Assembly (NCBI GenBank): GCA_041402125.1
Contig: JAWKSY010000002.1
Span: 304,150-368,149, forward strand
DNA length: 64,000 nucleotides
Direction of reading: 5' to 3'
Origin: Planctomycetota bacterium
GTDB taxonomy: Bacteria > Planctomycetota > GCA-002687715 > DRQF01
Part shown: positions 19,452 through 30,197 of the stretch, one piece after another
Layout of the letters: the number at the start of each line of letters is the position of its first letter
Position numbering within the stretch: the first letter of the stretch is position 1
Notes under the pieces: model-generated
What the model was told of the DNA's origin: nothing
Databases searched by the model: none
The model's input: only the letters and a program-made list of their open reading frames with translations
Translations under genes and position numbers: made by a program

Positions 19452-22430
19452 TCAATCGAGGTAGATGAATTCGTTGAGGTTCATCGCGAGGAGCGCGAGG
19501 GCGCGGAGCGCCTCGTCGGGGCCGGCTTTGTCCGTCTCGCGGAAGGAGCGGAGGAAGGACGCGGCGCGCGCGACCTCCTCCTCGCGCGGTTCCCGGGAGA
19601 GCGCGCGACGGAGGACCCAGCGCGCGCGGCCCGAATCGTCGTCCGCCGCGTCGACGGCGAGGGCGGCGAAGGCCCGGGACTGCTCGTCGAGGAAGGTGCC
19701 GTTCATCAGCGACAGCGCCTGCGTCGGCTGCAGCGACTCGTAGCGCACGGGGCAGGTGAAGTCGGTGTCCGCCGCGTCGTGCGCGGCGAGGATCGGCAGC
19801 AGCAGCGAGCGCTTGACGTGGACGTAGACGCTCCGCCGATGGCGGTCCGGCGCCGGCGACACCGGCCAGCCGTCGCCGGGCTTCGACTGTCCCGCGAGCA
19901 CGGCGGCCGGGATCGGCGGGTGGACGCTCGGGCCGCCCGATCGGAGATCGAGGAGCCCGCTCGCGGCGAGGATCGAGTCGCGCAGCTCCTCCGCCGTCAG
20001 CCGGCGGCGCGGAAAGTGCGAGAGCCGCACCGCTCCGGGGTCGCGCGCGAGCGTCTCCGCCGTCGCCGCCGCGGCCTGTCGCCAGGTGCGGGAGGTGAGG
20101 ATGATCCGGTGCATGCGCTTCGCGCGCCAGCCGCCGCGGACGAACTCTGTCGCGAGCCAGTCGAGCAGCGCGGGATGGCTCGGACGGGCGCCCTGCAATC
20201 CGAAGTCGCTGCTCGTCTCCACGAGGCCGCGGCCGAAATGGTGCTGCCAGATCCGGTTGACGAAGACCCGCGCGGTGAGCGGATGGGCCGGGGCGACGAG
20301 CCAGCGCGCGAGCGCGAGGCGACGGCCGCTCGATCGTCCCCCGTCGCGCGGTCCGAGGTCCGGCGCGTCGCCGCCGCCGAGAACGACGGGGAAACCGGGG
20401 CGCACGCGGGCGCCCGGCGCGGCCGGGTTGCCGCGGGCGAGGATGCGCGTCGGAGGCGGCTCGGCGCCGACCTCCTTCACGACCAGCGCGCGGGCGAGGG
20501 CCTCCGGCGGCGCGGCGCGAAGCGACTCGGCCGCCGCGAAGTCCTCGCGGTAGGCGGCGAAGGCCGCGGCGTCGACGCGCGCCGGCACCTGCTTCTCGAT
20601 CAGCTCGAGGCGACGATTGCGGTGGCGGAACTCCTCGTGCTCGACGGGAGCGAAGCCCGGCTTCGCGAGCGCCTCGACCGCCGCCATCCGGGCCTCGATC
20701 GCCGCCAGGTCGGACCGCCAGCGCTCGTCGTCCGCCGCGTGGCGCGCGCGGGCGGCCGCGTCGGCGATCACCGCGATGCTCGCCTCCTCGACCGACTCGG
20801 GGCTGCGCTCCCCGTAGCGCTGAACGCCGCGGAAGAGGGCGAGCATCCGGTAGTAGTCGCGCTGGGGGATGGGATCGATCTTGTGGTCGTGGCAGCGCGC
20901 GCAGTTGACGGTGAGCCCGAGGAAGGTCTGGGCGGTCGTCGAGACGAGGTCGTCGAACTCGTCGAAGCGCGCGAGCTCGGCGTCGGCCGGCTCGTCGTCC
21001 CACTGACCGAGGCGGAAGTAGCCGGTGGCGATGCGCGAACCGGCGCTCGGCTCGTCGATCTCGTCGCCCGCGAGCTGCTCGGTGAGGAAGCGGTCGAAGG
21101 GCACGTCCTCGGCGAAGGCCCGGATGACCCAGTCGCGGTAGCGCCAGACGAAGGGCTTGCGGGCGTCGCGTTCGAAGCTGTTGGTCTCGGCGTAGCGGAC
21201 GAGGTCGAGCCAGTGGCGGCCCCACTTCTCGCCGTAGGCGAAGGAGGCGAGGTAGCGATCGACGAGCGCCGACCAGGCCTCGTCGCTCGGATCCGCCGCG
21301 AAGGCCGCGACCTCGCGCGGATCGGGCGGCAGGCCGGTGAGATCGAAGCTCAGCCGACGCACGAGCGCCGCGGGATCCGCCGGCGGCGAGAGCGCGAGTC
21401 CGTCCTCGCGGAGCGCCGAGAGGACGAAGGCGTCGACCGGATTGTCGGCGCCGGGCGTTGCCGGCGGATCGCGGTCGGCGACCGGCTGGAAGGCCCAGTG
21501 CGATCGGAGGGCCTCCTCGACCGAGGGGCCGCTGCGCGTGACGGTCGGCCGGGGCGACTCGAGTTCGGACGGGAAGACGGCTCCGCCCCGGATCCAGAGC
21601 TCGATCGCGGCGATCGACTCCGGGTCCAGCTTGCGGCCCGGCGGCATCTCGAGGCCCTCGTGACGCAGGGCGGGAAGGATGAGGCTCTCCTCCGGTCGCT
21701 CCGGATCGACGGCGGGGCCGGTCCGGCCGCCGGCCACGATGTCCTCGCGCCGGCCGAGGAAGAGATCGCCCTCGAGTTCGGACTCGGGCCCGTGGCAATC
21801 GAAGCACTCGCGGCGGAGGAGCGGCAGCACCGCCTCCTCGAAGTGGCGCCGGCGCTCGGCGGGACTCGTCTCCCGGGTCGGGTCGGGGAGCCGCACGAGG
21901 CGGACGTCGTCGAACCAGGCCGTCCCCGTGACCTGCCCCCAACCCCCGAGGGTGAGGTTGACGAGGATCTCGCGGCGGTCTCCGACCTCGAAGCGCGTCT
22001 CGAGGAGCGTCCAGTCCCGCGTGCCGGTCAGGCCCTCGCTGCGTCCGTCCTCCCCCAGCTCGTGCGGATTGACGAGCACGCCGTGACCGGCGCCGGCGAC
22101 GTTCTCGAGCCGGACCCGGGCCGAGAGCCGGTAGCGCGCGTGCGGCTCCACGGTCACGCGCTGACTGAAGCTGACGTCGGCTCCCGCGGACGAGGAGATC
22201 CGCGCCGCCCAGGTCCCGTCCGGGGCGTCCTCGTCGACGATCGTGAGGGAGGCCTCGCCGCTCCAGGTCGAGCGGCGCCAGTGGAGCGGATCGCCGGAGG
22301 GATCGCGCGCCTCGAAGGAACCGTTGCGGAGCCGGTTCTCGGGCGGCGACCCCTGGGCCGCGAGCGCGCCGCAGAGGCCGAGGAGGACGAGCGCGAACCG
22401 CGCGAGACGCGGGAGCGACGGGGCTGGCAT
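19452..22430 (-). CDS. PSCyt1/DUF1549/DUF1553 domain protein (Planctomycete-type cytochrome-c-like)
   Basis: Start [26 protein letters not shown], then [10 protein letters not shown] (PSCyt), [16 protein letters not shown] (DUF1549) and [18 protein letters not shown] (DUF1553). The upstream 247 codons of the track ORF are Ser/Arg-rich junk. Confidence 0.85.
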   Translation of the reverse strand: MPAPSLPRLARFALVLLGLCGALAAQGSPPENRLRNGSFEARDPSGDPLHWRRSTWSGEASLTIVDEDAPDGTWAARISSSAGADVSFSQRVTVEPHARYRLSARVRLENVAGAGHGVLVNPHELGEDGRSEGLTGTRDWTLLETRFEVGDRREILVNLTLGGWGQVTGTAWFDDVRLVRLPDPTRETSPAERRRHFEEAVLPLLRRECFDCHGPESELEGDLFLGRREDIVAGGRTGPAVDPERPEESLILPALRHEGLEMPPGRKLDPESIAAIELWIRGGAVFPSELESPRPTVTRSGPSVEEALRSHWAFQPVADRDPPATPGADNPVDAFVLSALREDGLALSPPADPAALVRRLSFDLTGLPPDPREVAAFAADPSDEAWSALVDRYLASFAYGEKWGRHWLDLVRYAETNSFERDARKPFVWRYRDWVIRAFAEDVPFDRFLTEQLAGDEIDEPSAGSRIATGYFRLGQWDDEPADAELARFDEFDDLVSTTAQTFLGLTVNCARCHDHKIDPIPQRDYYRMLALFRGVQRYGERSPESVEEASIAVIADAAARARHAADDERWRSDLAAIEARMAAVEALAKPGFAPVEHEEFRHRNRRLELIEKQVPARVDAAAFAAYREDFAAAESLRAAPPEALARALVVKEVGAEPPPTRILARGNPAAPGARVRPGFPVVLGGGDAPDLGPRDGGRSSGRRLALARWLVAPAHPLTARVFVNRIWQHHFGRGLVETSSDFGLQGARPSHPALLDWLATEFVRGGWRAKRMHRIILTSRTWRQAAAATAETLARDPGAVRLSHFPRRRLTAEELRDSILAASGLLDLRSGGPSVHPPIPAAVLAGQSKPGDGWPVSPAPDRHRRSVYVHVKRSLLLPILAAHDAADTDFTCPVRYESLQPTQALSLMNGTFLDEQSRAFAALAVDAADDDSGRARWVLRRALSREPREEEVARAASFLRSFRETDKAGPDEALRALALLAMNLNEFIYLD

Positions 22431-22629
22431 CGACGACCTCGGAAAGCGATCGGGCGGGCGGAGGCGGGGTCGCGGGACCGCGCCGACGTTCTCGGTGCAG
22501 CATGATCGATGGGGGCCCCGCTCGTAAAGAGCCGGCCGATCGCCCGGGCGGCCGCCTGGACAGCGCGGACCCTTCGGCGAAGATGATGCGGCCGATCCGG
22601 CATCCGACCGCGGTCTCGGAGATCCGACC

Positions 22630-24357
22630 ATGCAGCGCTCCGTCCTCCTTCTCGCCTCGCTCCTCGTCCTCGCCGCGATCGCGGCGTCCCAGGGCCTCCG
22701 CGTCGTCGACCCCGATGCGGCGGGTGAGGTCTCGGCGCGCGAGGCCGTCGAGGCCTTCCTCGCCGACCGCGCCCTTCTCGGGCGACGGCACCTCGACGCA
22801 CTGTCGCCGGCCGGCCGCGAGGCGCGTCGCGAGCGCTGGCGTGCCGCGCTCGGCGGATCCGAGGCCGTGCCCTTCGAGGCGCTGTCGGCGACGGCGCGGA
22901 TCGATCGCATCCTCCTCGAGAACCGGCTGCGCCGTGAGCTCGAGGAGCTCGATCGCGAGGAGTCCCGGGAGGCCGAGGTCGCGGATCTCGTCGGGGCGGT
23001 GGCGCCCATCGTCGCGCTCGAGGAGGCCCGGCGCCGCTTCGAGTTCGCGCCGGCGAAGGAGATCGCGGCGACCTTCGCCGAGGTCGCCCGCGCGCTGGTC
23101 GAGTCGCGACGGGCGCTCGACGCGGGGGAGTTCGACCGCTTCGACGCGGTGCGCGCGCGCCGCGCGGCCAACGGGCTCCGGCGCGTCGCGTCCTACCTGC
23201 GCGACTTCCGTCGCTTCCGCGACGGCTACGATCCCGAGTTCGGCTGGTGGACGAAGGAGCCGGCGGGGAAGCTCGAGTCCGAGCTGCGCGGCTACTTCGA
23301 GGCGATCGAGTCGCGACTCGTCGCGGCCCGCTCCGGAGGCGACGCGACGCTCGTGGGTGAGCCGATCGGGGTGGAGGCCCTCCGGAGCGAGCTGGCGTTC
23401 GAGTACATCCCCTACGAGCCGAAGCGGCTGATCGCGCTGGCCGAGCGCGAGTTCGCCTGGTGCGACGCCGAGATGGCGAAGGCGGCGGCCGAGCTCGGCT
23501 TCGAGGACTGGCGCGAGGCCCAGGCGCACGTGAAGTCGCTCGCCGTCCCGCCGGGGAAGCAGCCCGAGCTCATCCGGGACCTCGCGAACGAGGCCGTCGC
23601 CTTCCTCGAGGCCCGCGATCTCATCACGATCCCGCCGCTCGCGAAGGAGGGCTGGCGGATGACGATGCTCTCCCCGGCCGCGCAGCGCGTGAGTCCCTAC
23701 TTCCTCGGCGGCGAGGTCATCCAGGTCGCGTACCCGACGGATGCCATGAGCCACGAGGAGAAGCTCATGGCGATGCGCAGCAACAACCCGCACTTCTCGC
23801 GGGCGACCGTCCAGCACGAGCTGATCCCGGGACATCACCTGCAGGGCTACATGGAGGAGCGGCACCGTCCCTACCGGCGGGCCTTCGCGACGCCCTTCTG
23901 GATCGAGGGCTGGGCCCTCTACTGGGAGATGCGACTCTGGGATCTCGACTTCCCGCGCGGCCCCGAGGATCGCATCGGGATGCTCTTCTGGCGGAAGCAC
24001 CGCTGCGCCCGGATCATCTTCTCGCTCGGATTCCACTCGGGGACGATGACGCCGAGGGAGTGCGTGGACTTCCTCGTCGATCGCGTCGGGCACGAGCGCT
24101 CCGCGGCCGAGGCGGAGGTGCGACGCTCGATCGGCGGCGACTACTCGCCGCTCTACCAGGCCGCGTACATGCTGGGCGGCCTGCAGATCCGCGCTCTCCG
24201 TCGCGAGACGGTCGAGGAGCGGGGCGCGAACGAGCGCCGCTTCCACGACGAGATCCTGCGCAACAACGCGATGCCGATCGAGTTCGTGCGCGCGCAGCTC
24301 GCCGGCACGCCGCTCGAGCGCGGTCACCGCGCGAGCTGGCGCTTCGACGGGCGCTGA
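22630..24357 (+). CDS. DUF885 family protein, secreted
   Basis: Signal peptide. HELIPGHHLQGY motif and overall DUF885 architecture. Confidence 0.75.
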   Translation: MQRSVLLLASLLVLAAIAASQGLRVVDPDAAGEVSAREAVEAFLADRALLGRRHLDALSPAGREARRERWRAALGGSEAVPFEALSATARIDRILLENRLRRELEELDREESREAEVADLVGAVAPIVALEEARRRFEFAPAKEIAATFAEVARALVESRRALDAGEFDRFDAVRARRAANGLRRVASYLRDFRRFRDGYDPEFGWWTKEPAGKLESELRGYFEAIESRLVAARSGGDATLVGEPIGVEALRSELAFEYIPYEPKRLIALAEREFAWCDAEMAKAAAELGFEDWREAQAHVKSLAVPPGKQPELIRDLANEAVAFLEARDLITIPPLAKEGWRMTMLSPAAQRVSPYFLGGEVIQVAYPTDAMSHEEKLMAMRSNNPHFSRATVQHELIPGHHLQGYMEERHRPYRRAFATPFWIEGWALYWEMRLWDLDFPRGPEDRIGMLFWRKHRCARIIFSLGFHSGTMTPRECVDFLVDRVGHERSAAEAEVRRSIGGDYSPLYQAAYMLGGLQIRALRRETVEERGANERRFHDEILRNNAMPIEFVRAQLAGTPLERGHRASWRFDGR

Positions 24358-24366
24358 CGGCGGCGG

Positions 24367-25356
24367 TCAGGGGAGGCGGCGAAGACGCGTGACGCGGCCC
24401 TGACGCAGCCAGTCCATGACGTAAAGGTCGCCGCGCGCGTCCCAGGCCGCGCCGTGGGGCGAGACGAAGACGCCGGGGCGCCAGTCCTCGCGCGGGACGC
24501 CGTTCTGCGCGCGTTGCTCGGAGTCGGGGTTGTCGCCGAGCTGCGTCACGAGTCGGTTCTCGCGATCGAGGATCGTCACCCGCCCGGCGAGATCCGCCAC
24601 CACGAGGTCGTCGCCGTGGAAGGCGACCGAGCAGGGGCGGCGCAGCATGCCCTCGGTGACCGAGACGAGCGCGCCGTCGAGGCCGAAGGTCTGCAGGCGG
24701 TGGTTCTCGCGATCGGCGACGACGAGGCGAGGCTCGGGGCCGCGGAGATCCAGCCCCAGGCCGTGGGGCGTGCGGAACTGGCCGGGGGCGGCGCCGGCCG
24801 TGCCCAGGACCCGGATCCAGCGCCGGTCGGCGCCGAACTCGTGGACGACCGACTTGCCGTAGCCGTCGGCCACGAAGAGGTGTCCGTTCGGGGCGACGGC
24901 GACCGAGGTGGGACGGAACTCCTCCGGCGAACGGTAGAGGCCGGACTCCATCGGGCAGCCCAGGATCCAGAGGACGAGGCCGTCGGGCGTGGCCTTGGCG
25001 ACCTCGTGGCGACCGGTGTGCGTGAAGTAGAGGAACTCGAAGCCGCCCTCCTCGGCGAGGAACATCCCGTGGACGTTGCCGCGGAAGTCCGCGCCCCAGC
25101 TCCGCGCGATCGCGCCGTCCGCGCCGACGACGCAGAAGGCCCGCTCGGTGTCGGTGTTGAAGATGCCGCGGCCGTCGCGCGTGAAGATGATCGCGCCGTG
25201 CGTGTTGCCGAGCTCGCCGCCGTCCGGGAGGCGTCCCCAGCCCTCGGTCCACTCGTAGCGGTGGGCGCCCTCGCCGAGGCGGGGGGCCTGGGCGTGTGCG
25301 GTCGGGAGGACGAGGGCGAGGAGGGCCGCGAGGGCGAGGGAGCGCAGATCGGTCAC
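24367..25356 (-). CDS. NHL-repeat beta-propeller protein, secreted
   Basis: Signal peptide. Repeated blades of the form 'P.GLA....G.L.VAD..N.RI..F'. Confidence 0.75.
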   Translation of the reverse strand: MTDLRSLALAALLALVLPTAHAQAPRLGEGAHRYEWTEGWGRLPDGGELGNTHGAIIFTRDGRGIFNTDTERAFCVVGADGAIARSWGADFRGNVHGMFLAEEGGFEFLYFTHTGRHEVAKATPDGLVLWILGCPMESGLYRSPEEFRPTSVAVAPNGHLFVADGYGKSVVHEFGADRRWIRVLGTAGAAPGQFRTPHGLGLDLRGPEPRLVVADRENHRLQTFGLDGALVSVTEGMLRRPCSVAFHGDDLVVADLAGRVTILDRENRLVTQLGDNPDSEQRAQNGVPREDWRPGVFVSPHGAAWDARGDLYVMDWLRQGRVTRLRRLP

Positions 25357-25423
25357 GTCGGGTCTCCGGTTCGAGGCGCGACCATCCTGCCCGGTCGGTG
25401 CGGCCGCGGGAAGAGGGCGCGCA

Positions 25424-26260
25424 TCAGCGCTGGACGGCGGGAACCCAGGCCGTCGTGCGGCCGCCGATCTCGAGGTGCTCGATCTTCTCGCCCCGCGCCG
25501 TCCGGGCCTCCGCGTCGCGGCCCCAGCGGTGGTGGAAGAGCCAGGTGCGGGGGAGGCGATCCTTGTCGGCGTTGGCGTCGACCGCGCGCGTGATCACGTC
25601 CCGGAGCACGCGACCGAGCCGTCGCGCCTCGGCGTCCGTGAGCTCGCAGGCGCGTCGACGGGGATCGATCCGGGCCTGGTAGAGGACCTCGTCGGCGATC
25701 CAGTTCCCGACGCCGGCGCAGAAGGACTGATCGAGGAGCACCGACTTCAGGACGCCCCGGCGGGCGCGAAGCCGCCGCGAGAAGTCCGACGGCTCGGGCA
25801 TGGCGACGAGGGGATCGAAGCCGAGTCGCGAGATCGGCGCGCTCCCGAGCGGATCGTCGCGGAGGAGGATCCGTCCGAGCCGGCGGGCGTTCGTCATCAC
25901 GAGCTCGCCGCCGTCCTCGAACTCGAGTCGGATCTTCCAGAAGCGGGGCGGCCAGTCCGGATCCGCCTCGCGCGGTCCCGTCGCGAGGCGCAGGTGCTCG
26001 CCGCCGGGAACGACGAAGGCGCCGGTCATGCCGAAGTGGAAAAGAGGGTGGGGCGGCGCGTCCATCTCGAACCAGAGCTGCTTGCCGCGTCGTCGCACCG
26101 CGACGACGCGACGCCCCTCGAGCGCGCGACGGAATCGCGCCGGAGACACCTTCTGGTATACGATGGCGTCGTCGGCGCAGCGGACGCGCGCGATGCGGCG
26201 GCCCGCCGCCACGGATTCGGCGAGTCGTCGGCCGCGTTCGACCTCGGGGAGCTCGGGCAT
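25424..26260 (-). CDS. Fpg/Nei-family DNA glycosylase/AP lyase (zincless-finger type)
   Basis: Canonical N-terminus MPELPEVE and H2TH region. No CxxC zinc finger at the C-terminus. Confidence 0.85.
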   Translation of the reverse strand: MPELPEVERGRRLAESVAAGRRIARVRCADDAIVYQKVSPARFRRALEGRRVVAVRRRGKQLWFEMDAPPHPLFHFGMTGAFVVPGGEHLRLATGPREADPDWPPRFWKIRLEFEDGGELVMTNARRLGRILLRDDPLGSAPISRLGFDPLVAMPEPSDFSRRLRARRGVLKSVLLDQSFCAGVGNWIADEVLYQARIDPRRRACELTDAEARRLGRVLRDVITRAVDANADKDRLPRTWLFHHRWGRDAEARTARGEKIEHLEIGGRTTAWVPAVQR

Positions 26261-27209
26261 GCGGAACTCTGTCAGCCGGGGACGGGCGCGACAAGCACTC
26301 GCGCGGTGCCGCTCGCTCGTGCTGTTCGTCCTGATCCTCCTCGGCGCGTCCTGCCGCCCGGAGCGGGCCGACCACGCCGCGGCGCCGGCCGAGGGTCCGA
26401 CCCGCGTCGAGATCGCGGCCGTTCCCGCCTCCCGCGCCGACCTCGCTCGCTGGCGGGACGAGCTCGATCCCCGGGGTCTCCCCTCGGGCCCCGTCGTCTT
26501 CCGGACCCGCGAGGGCCGCGAGCAGCGCGGAACGCTGCGCCCGGCCGACGGGGACTTCCTCCACCTCTGGACGGAGGGGAGGCAGGACGAGTTCCTCTCC
26601 GTCGGCGGTCCCAGTCGCGATGGCCGCTACCTCGCCTTCGGCGTCCGCGACGCCGACGGGGGCGGACACCGGATCGTCCTCGCCGAGCGCGGCGAGGGAG
26701 CGGAGAACGCGACCTGGACCGAGGTCGCCCGCGCCGAGGCGCCGGTCGACTTCGCGGACTGGCCGGCGGTGTCGGATGACGGTCGGTCGATCTTCGTCTG
26801 GTGCGTCGACGAGCTGCGTCGCTATCGCCGCCGCGGCGCCGTCCTCGAGCCCGAGGCCCTGAGTCGCGGCATGGTGAAGTACTGGCCGGCGGTCTCCGCC
26901 GACGGCGAGCACTGGGCGGCCCGGGCGGTGAGCCTGGAGGAACGGAAGGGAACCGCGACCACGCTCGTCGTCGACGGGGAGACGGTCCACACGGGTTTCA
27001 AGGTGAAGGTCCCCCGCTTCGCGCCCCGCGGCTCGCTCTGGGCCGCTCCCGCGCGCCGGGACGGAAAGGCCTGGCTCCTCGCGGCCGGGATCGAGCCGCT
27101 GGGTCCCTACGAGGAGATCGAGGCGCTCTCCCCGGACGCGGCGTCGGGAGGACTGCGGGCGCGCATCCGCGTCGACGGGGAGATCCGCGAGGTCCATCTC
27201 GTCCGCTGA
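26259..27209 (+). CDS. PD40/TolB-like beta-propeller lipoprotein (putative)
   Basis: MRNSVSRGRARQALARCRSLVLFVLILLGASC lipoprotein-like signal. PD40-like repeats (SRDGRYLAF, SDDGRSIFV, SADGEHWAA). Its ATG overlaps the fpg start (CATG). Confidence 0.6.
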   Translation: MRNSVSRGRARQALARCRSLVLFVLILLGASCRPERADHAAAPAEGPTRVEIAAVPASRADLARWRDELDPRGLPSGPVVFRTREGREQRGTLRPADGDFLHLWTEGRQDEFLSVGGPSRDGRYLAFGVRDADGGGHRIVLAERGEGAENATWTEVARAEAPVDFADWPAVSDDGRSIFVWCVDELRRYRRRGAVLEPEALSRGMVKYWPAVSADGEHWAARAVSLEERKGTATTLVVDGETVHTGFKVKVPRFAPRGSLWAAPARRDGKAWLLAAGIEPLGPYEEIEALSPDAASGGLRARIRVDGEIREVHLVR

Positions 27210-27299
27210 CCGTCCGGCCGGGCTCGTCTCCGTCCGGATCGAGCGATACCCTGGTCTCGCGGCCGCCCGGCGGCCCGGCGAGAGGGGGGCGAGCCCGAG

Positions 27300-28454
27300 A
27301 TGACGGTCCGGATCCTGTTGCTCATCGTCGCGACCCTGGGCACGGGCTGCGTCAACAACCGCACGACCGCCCCCGATCTCGAGGCCTGCCGCGAGGCCGA
27401 GGCCGAGGCGGGGCGGATGAAGGAGCGGATGCAGCAGAAGCTGCTCCGCCTCGCCCAGCGCCGACCGGACCGCCTCGAGGTGCTGCTGCTCTCGGGCGGC
27501 GGACGCAACGGCGCCTGGGGCGCCGGCGTCCTCGAGGGCTGGCGGCGGCATCCCGACCATCCCCGTCCCGCGCGCTTCGACCTCGTCACCGGCGTGAGCA
27601 CCGGCGCCCTGATGGCGACCTTCGCCTTCCTCGGCGATCGCGAGCTGCCCTGCGGCGAGGACGGCGCGCTCCTCCCGGCCGACGAGGCGCTCCGTCTCGC
27701 CTACACGACGACGACCCGCGAGGACGTCCTCTACTCGCGATTCCTCCCGAACGCGTTGCTCTTCGGCGACGCGCTCAACGACGCCGAACCCCTCGAGCGC
27801 CTGCTCGAGCGCTACCTGCCCGACGCCGTCATCGATCTCGTCGCGGAGGAGGGGGAGTCCGGACGCCAGCTCTTCGTGGGGACGACCAACCTCGACTGCG
27901 GCCGCTTCGCGATCTGGGACATGGTCGAGCTCGCGCGCGAACGCCGCTACGACACCTACCGGACCGTCGTCCGCGCCTCGGCCGCGGTTCCGCTGGTCTT
28001 CCCGCCGGTCGAGATCGACGGCTTCCTCCACGCGGACGGAGGGATCCGCAAGCAGCTCTTCGTGCGCGACGTCTTCGAGCCCTTCTGCCGGACGCTCCTC
28101 GAGCGCGAGGACGGGCGTCCCCGTCCGCGGCTCGTGATCAATGTCCTCGTCAACGGGCCGATCGGAGTCCCCTCCGAGGTCGTGCGCGCGTCGATCGCGG
28201 ACGTCGCCGAGCGCGCGCTCGTCATCCTCCTCGACGAGGCGCTGATCGACGACCTCGCGCTGGTGTCGCGGGCGACCGAGAACGTGGGGGCGGAGTTCCG
28301 CCTCGCCTACCTGCCCGACGAGGACGTCCCGCCCGGTCTCGTGACCGACTTCGACCCCGAGGTCATGCGTTCGCTCCACGCCCTGGGCGCGGCCTGGGCC
28401 GCGAGTCGCGAGTGGCTCGAGGAGCCGCCGTCCCTCGGTTCCGTCGGTCGCTGA
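27300..28454 (+). CDS. patatin-like phospholipase, lipoprotein
   Basis: Gly-rich loop SGGGRNGAWGAG, nucleophile elbow GVSTG, catalytic DGG. Signal peptide with Cys (LGTGC). Confidence 0.8.
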   Translation: MTVRILLLIVATLGTGCVNNRTTAPDLEACREAEAEAGRMKERMQQKLLRLAQRRPDRLEVLLLSGGGRNGAWGAGVLEGWRRHPDHPRPARFDLVTGVSTGALMATFAFLGDRELPCGEDGALLPADEALRLAYTTTTREDVLYSRFLPNALLFGDALNDAEPLERLLERYLPDAVIDLVAEEGESGRQLFVGTTNLDCGRFAIWDMVELARERRYDTYRTVVRASAAVPLVFPPVEIDGFLHADGGIRKQLFVRDVFEPFCRTLLEREDGRPRPRLVINVLVNGPIGVPSEVVRASIADVAERALVILLDEALIDDLALVSRATENVGAEFRLAYLPDEDVPPGLVTDFDPEVMRSLHALGAAWAASREWLEEPPSLGSVGR

Positions 28455-28469
28455 CCGCGGGCGGACGCT

Positions 28470-29030
28470 TTACTTCGAGGACGCGGGCGCGCCCGTGCCC
28501 TCGAGCTGCCCGAGGATCCGCGTCACGAACTTCTCCGAGTAGCCGGCGACGAAGCACCAGATCAGGAGCTTCCCCACGTCGCGCGTCGTCTCGGGGCGCA
28601 GCGCGACGAAGGTCCGCAGGGAAGGGGACACGCCTTCCTGCTCCGGCTGGTTGAAGCTGGGGAAGAGGTTCGAGGTGACGAAGCCGCGTCCTCCCTCGCC
28701 CGAGAGGACCCCGGACATGAACAGCAGGTAGGTGACGGTCGCCATGAGGCTGCCGAACATGAGCGCGATCCCGAGCGTCAGGTGCGTGCGGGCGATGTCC
28801 TCGACCAGGGTGGGCGACTGCTTGAGTCGCCGGCCGAGCGCGATCGCGGCGCCCAGGCCGCCGCAGAGGAAGGCGAACCAGAACGAGCCGATCGAGTAGC
28901 CCCCGCCCCGGTAGGACTCGATGAGGTAGCCGACGATCACGAGGACCAGTCCCGCCGCGACGAGCGCGGCCTGGGCGATGAGGAGCCTCTTCAGTGCGGT
29001 GTCGTGCGGGATGCGCTTCGCTTCGCTCAT
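28470..29030 (-). CDS. small integral membrane protein (about 4 TM)
   Basis: Start MSEAKRIPHD at 29030 with a GGAAGGGAA RBS. Four hydrophobic segments. The upstream part of the track ORF is junk. Confidence 0.6.
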   Translation of the reverse strand: MSEAKRIPHDTALKRLLIAQAALVAAGLVLVIVGYLIESYRGGGYSIGSFWFAFLCGGLGAAIALGRRLKQSPTLVEDIARTHLTLGIALMFGSLMATVTYLLFMSGVLSGEGGRGFVTSNLFPSFNQPEQEGVSPSLRTFVALRPETTRDVGKLLIWCFVAGYSEKFVTRILGQLEGTGAPASSK

Positions 29031-29259
29031 GGTTCCCTTCCTTCTCGTGACGCGCCTGGACCGGGGAACGTCGCCGCTCCCGGGACGTTCGATCCTGCCC
29101 GGGCGAGGCTCGCCGCGCGACGATCGGATCGGGTTGCGGACCGCAACGCGGAGCGCGGCCCGCCGAAAGCGCATGAATTCGAGCGGAAAAGCCGGACGTT
29201 CGCTTAACGTCGGGTTCCGCGGCGGCGTCCCGGAGGGACGAGCCCATGGAGGACGGACC

Positions 29260-29937
29260 ATGCGAACGATGACGATGATGGCGGCGCTCCTGCTCCTCGC
29301 GACGGGGGCGGTGGCGCAGACGATCGAGACGAAGACGGACGCCGACCGGCGTGCGCTGCGGGAGATGCGCAACCGTCTCCAGCGGCAGGTGATCTCCGTC
29401 GACTGGAAGGATCGCGAGCTCGGAGACGTCCTCCGGGAACTCCGCGCGACGCTCGGCCTGAACCTCGTGGTCGCCCGCGCCCTGCGCGAGTCGGCCGCCG
29501 ACGCCGAGATCTCGCTCACGCTCGACGGCGTGACCGCCTGGGACCTGCTCGCGCTGCTCCAGGAGTCGCACGACCTCGGCTTCCGCATGGGAGGGCGTCT
29601 CCTCTGGGTCACGACGCGCGAGGATGCCGTGCGGCGCGCGATGGTGACCCGCGTCCGCGACGCGCGGATGCTGGGCTACCGCCCGCCGGACTTCCCGGGA
29701 CCGCGGCTCGGCCTCGATCTCGGTCGTCCCTCCGATCGCGAGGAGGTCACGGTCGAGCCGCGCGAGCAGATCGATGCCGGCGAGATCGAGGAGCTCCTGA
29801 AGTCGATGACGGGGGAGAAGGAGTGGGAGATCGAGGGCGCCTCGCTGTCGATCAGCGGCGGGCTCCTCATCGTGCGCCACACCGCGTCGATGCAGGCCAA
29901 GGTCTGGCGCGCCGCCGCCCGGCTCGAGACGCTCTGA
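29260..29937 (+). CDS. hypothetical secreted protein (secretin/STN-like N-domain?)
   Basis: MRTMTMMAALLLLATGAVAQ signal peptide with a GGAGGA RBS. Confidence 0.55.
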   Translation: MRTMTMMAALLLLATGAVAQTIETKTDADRRALREMRNRLQRQVISVDWKDRELGDVLRELRATLGLNLVVARALRESAADAEISLTLDGVTAWDLLALLQESHDLGFRMGGRLLWVTTREDAVRRAMVTRVRDARMLGYRPPDFPGPRLGLDLGRPSDREEVTVEPREQIDAGEIEELLKSMTGEKEWEIEGASLSISGGLLIVRHTASMQAKVWRAAARLETL

Positions 29938-30197
29938 CCCGCGCGGGGTCGGTCCCGGGCCGTTTCCGTCCGGACCGACCCCCGAGTTCGCCGGAACTCG
30001 CCTCGCCTTCACGTCGGCGACACGCGGGCCGACGATGATCCTGTCGAAGGCCGGAAGCCCGCGGCGCGAAGGAGCGGCGGGACGGTGCTTCGGAGCGACG
30101 CCGTGCCGCCCTGCACGACCCGAGCGAGTGCCCCTCGCCGACCCCTCCCGGGGCCGGCCTCGCCGTCGCCCCTCCTTCTCCTCCGAGAGAGTCCGAC

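Noticed and set aside
19438-24327. 1629-aa minus-strand ORF, and the 1086-aa plus-strand ORF at 19245-22505
   Set aside because: Extremely Arg/Pro/Gly/Ala-rich with no motifs. They lie antisense to or overlap well-supported genes (DUF1553, DUF885). Typical long spurious ORFs of about 70% GC DNA.
25353-28379. 1008-aa minus-strand ORF
   Set aside because: Spans and is antisense to three supported plus-strand genes (PD40 lipoprotein, patatin) and overlaps fpg in a different frame. Low-complexity Arg/Gly/Pro composition.
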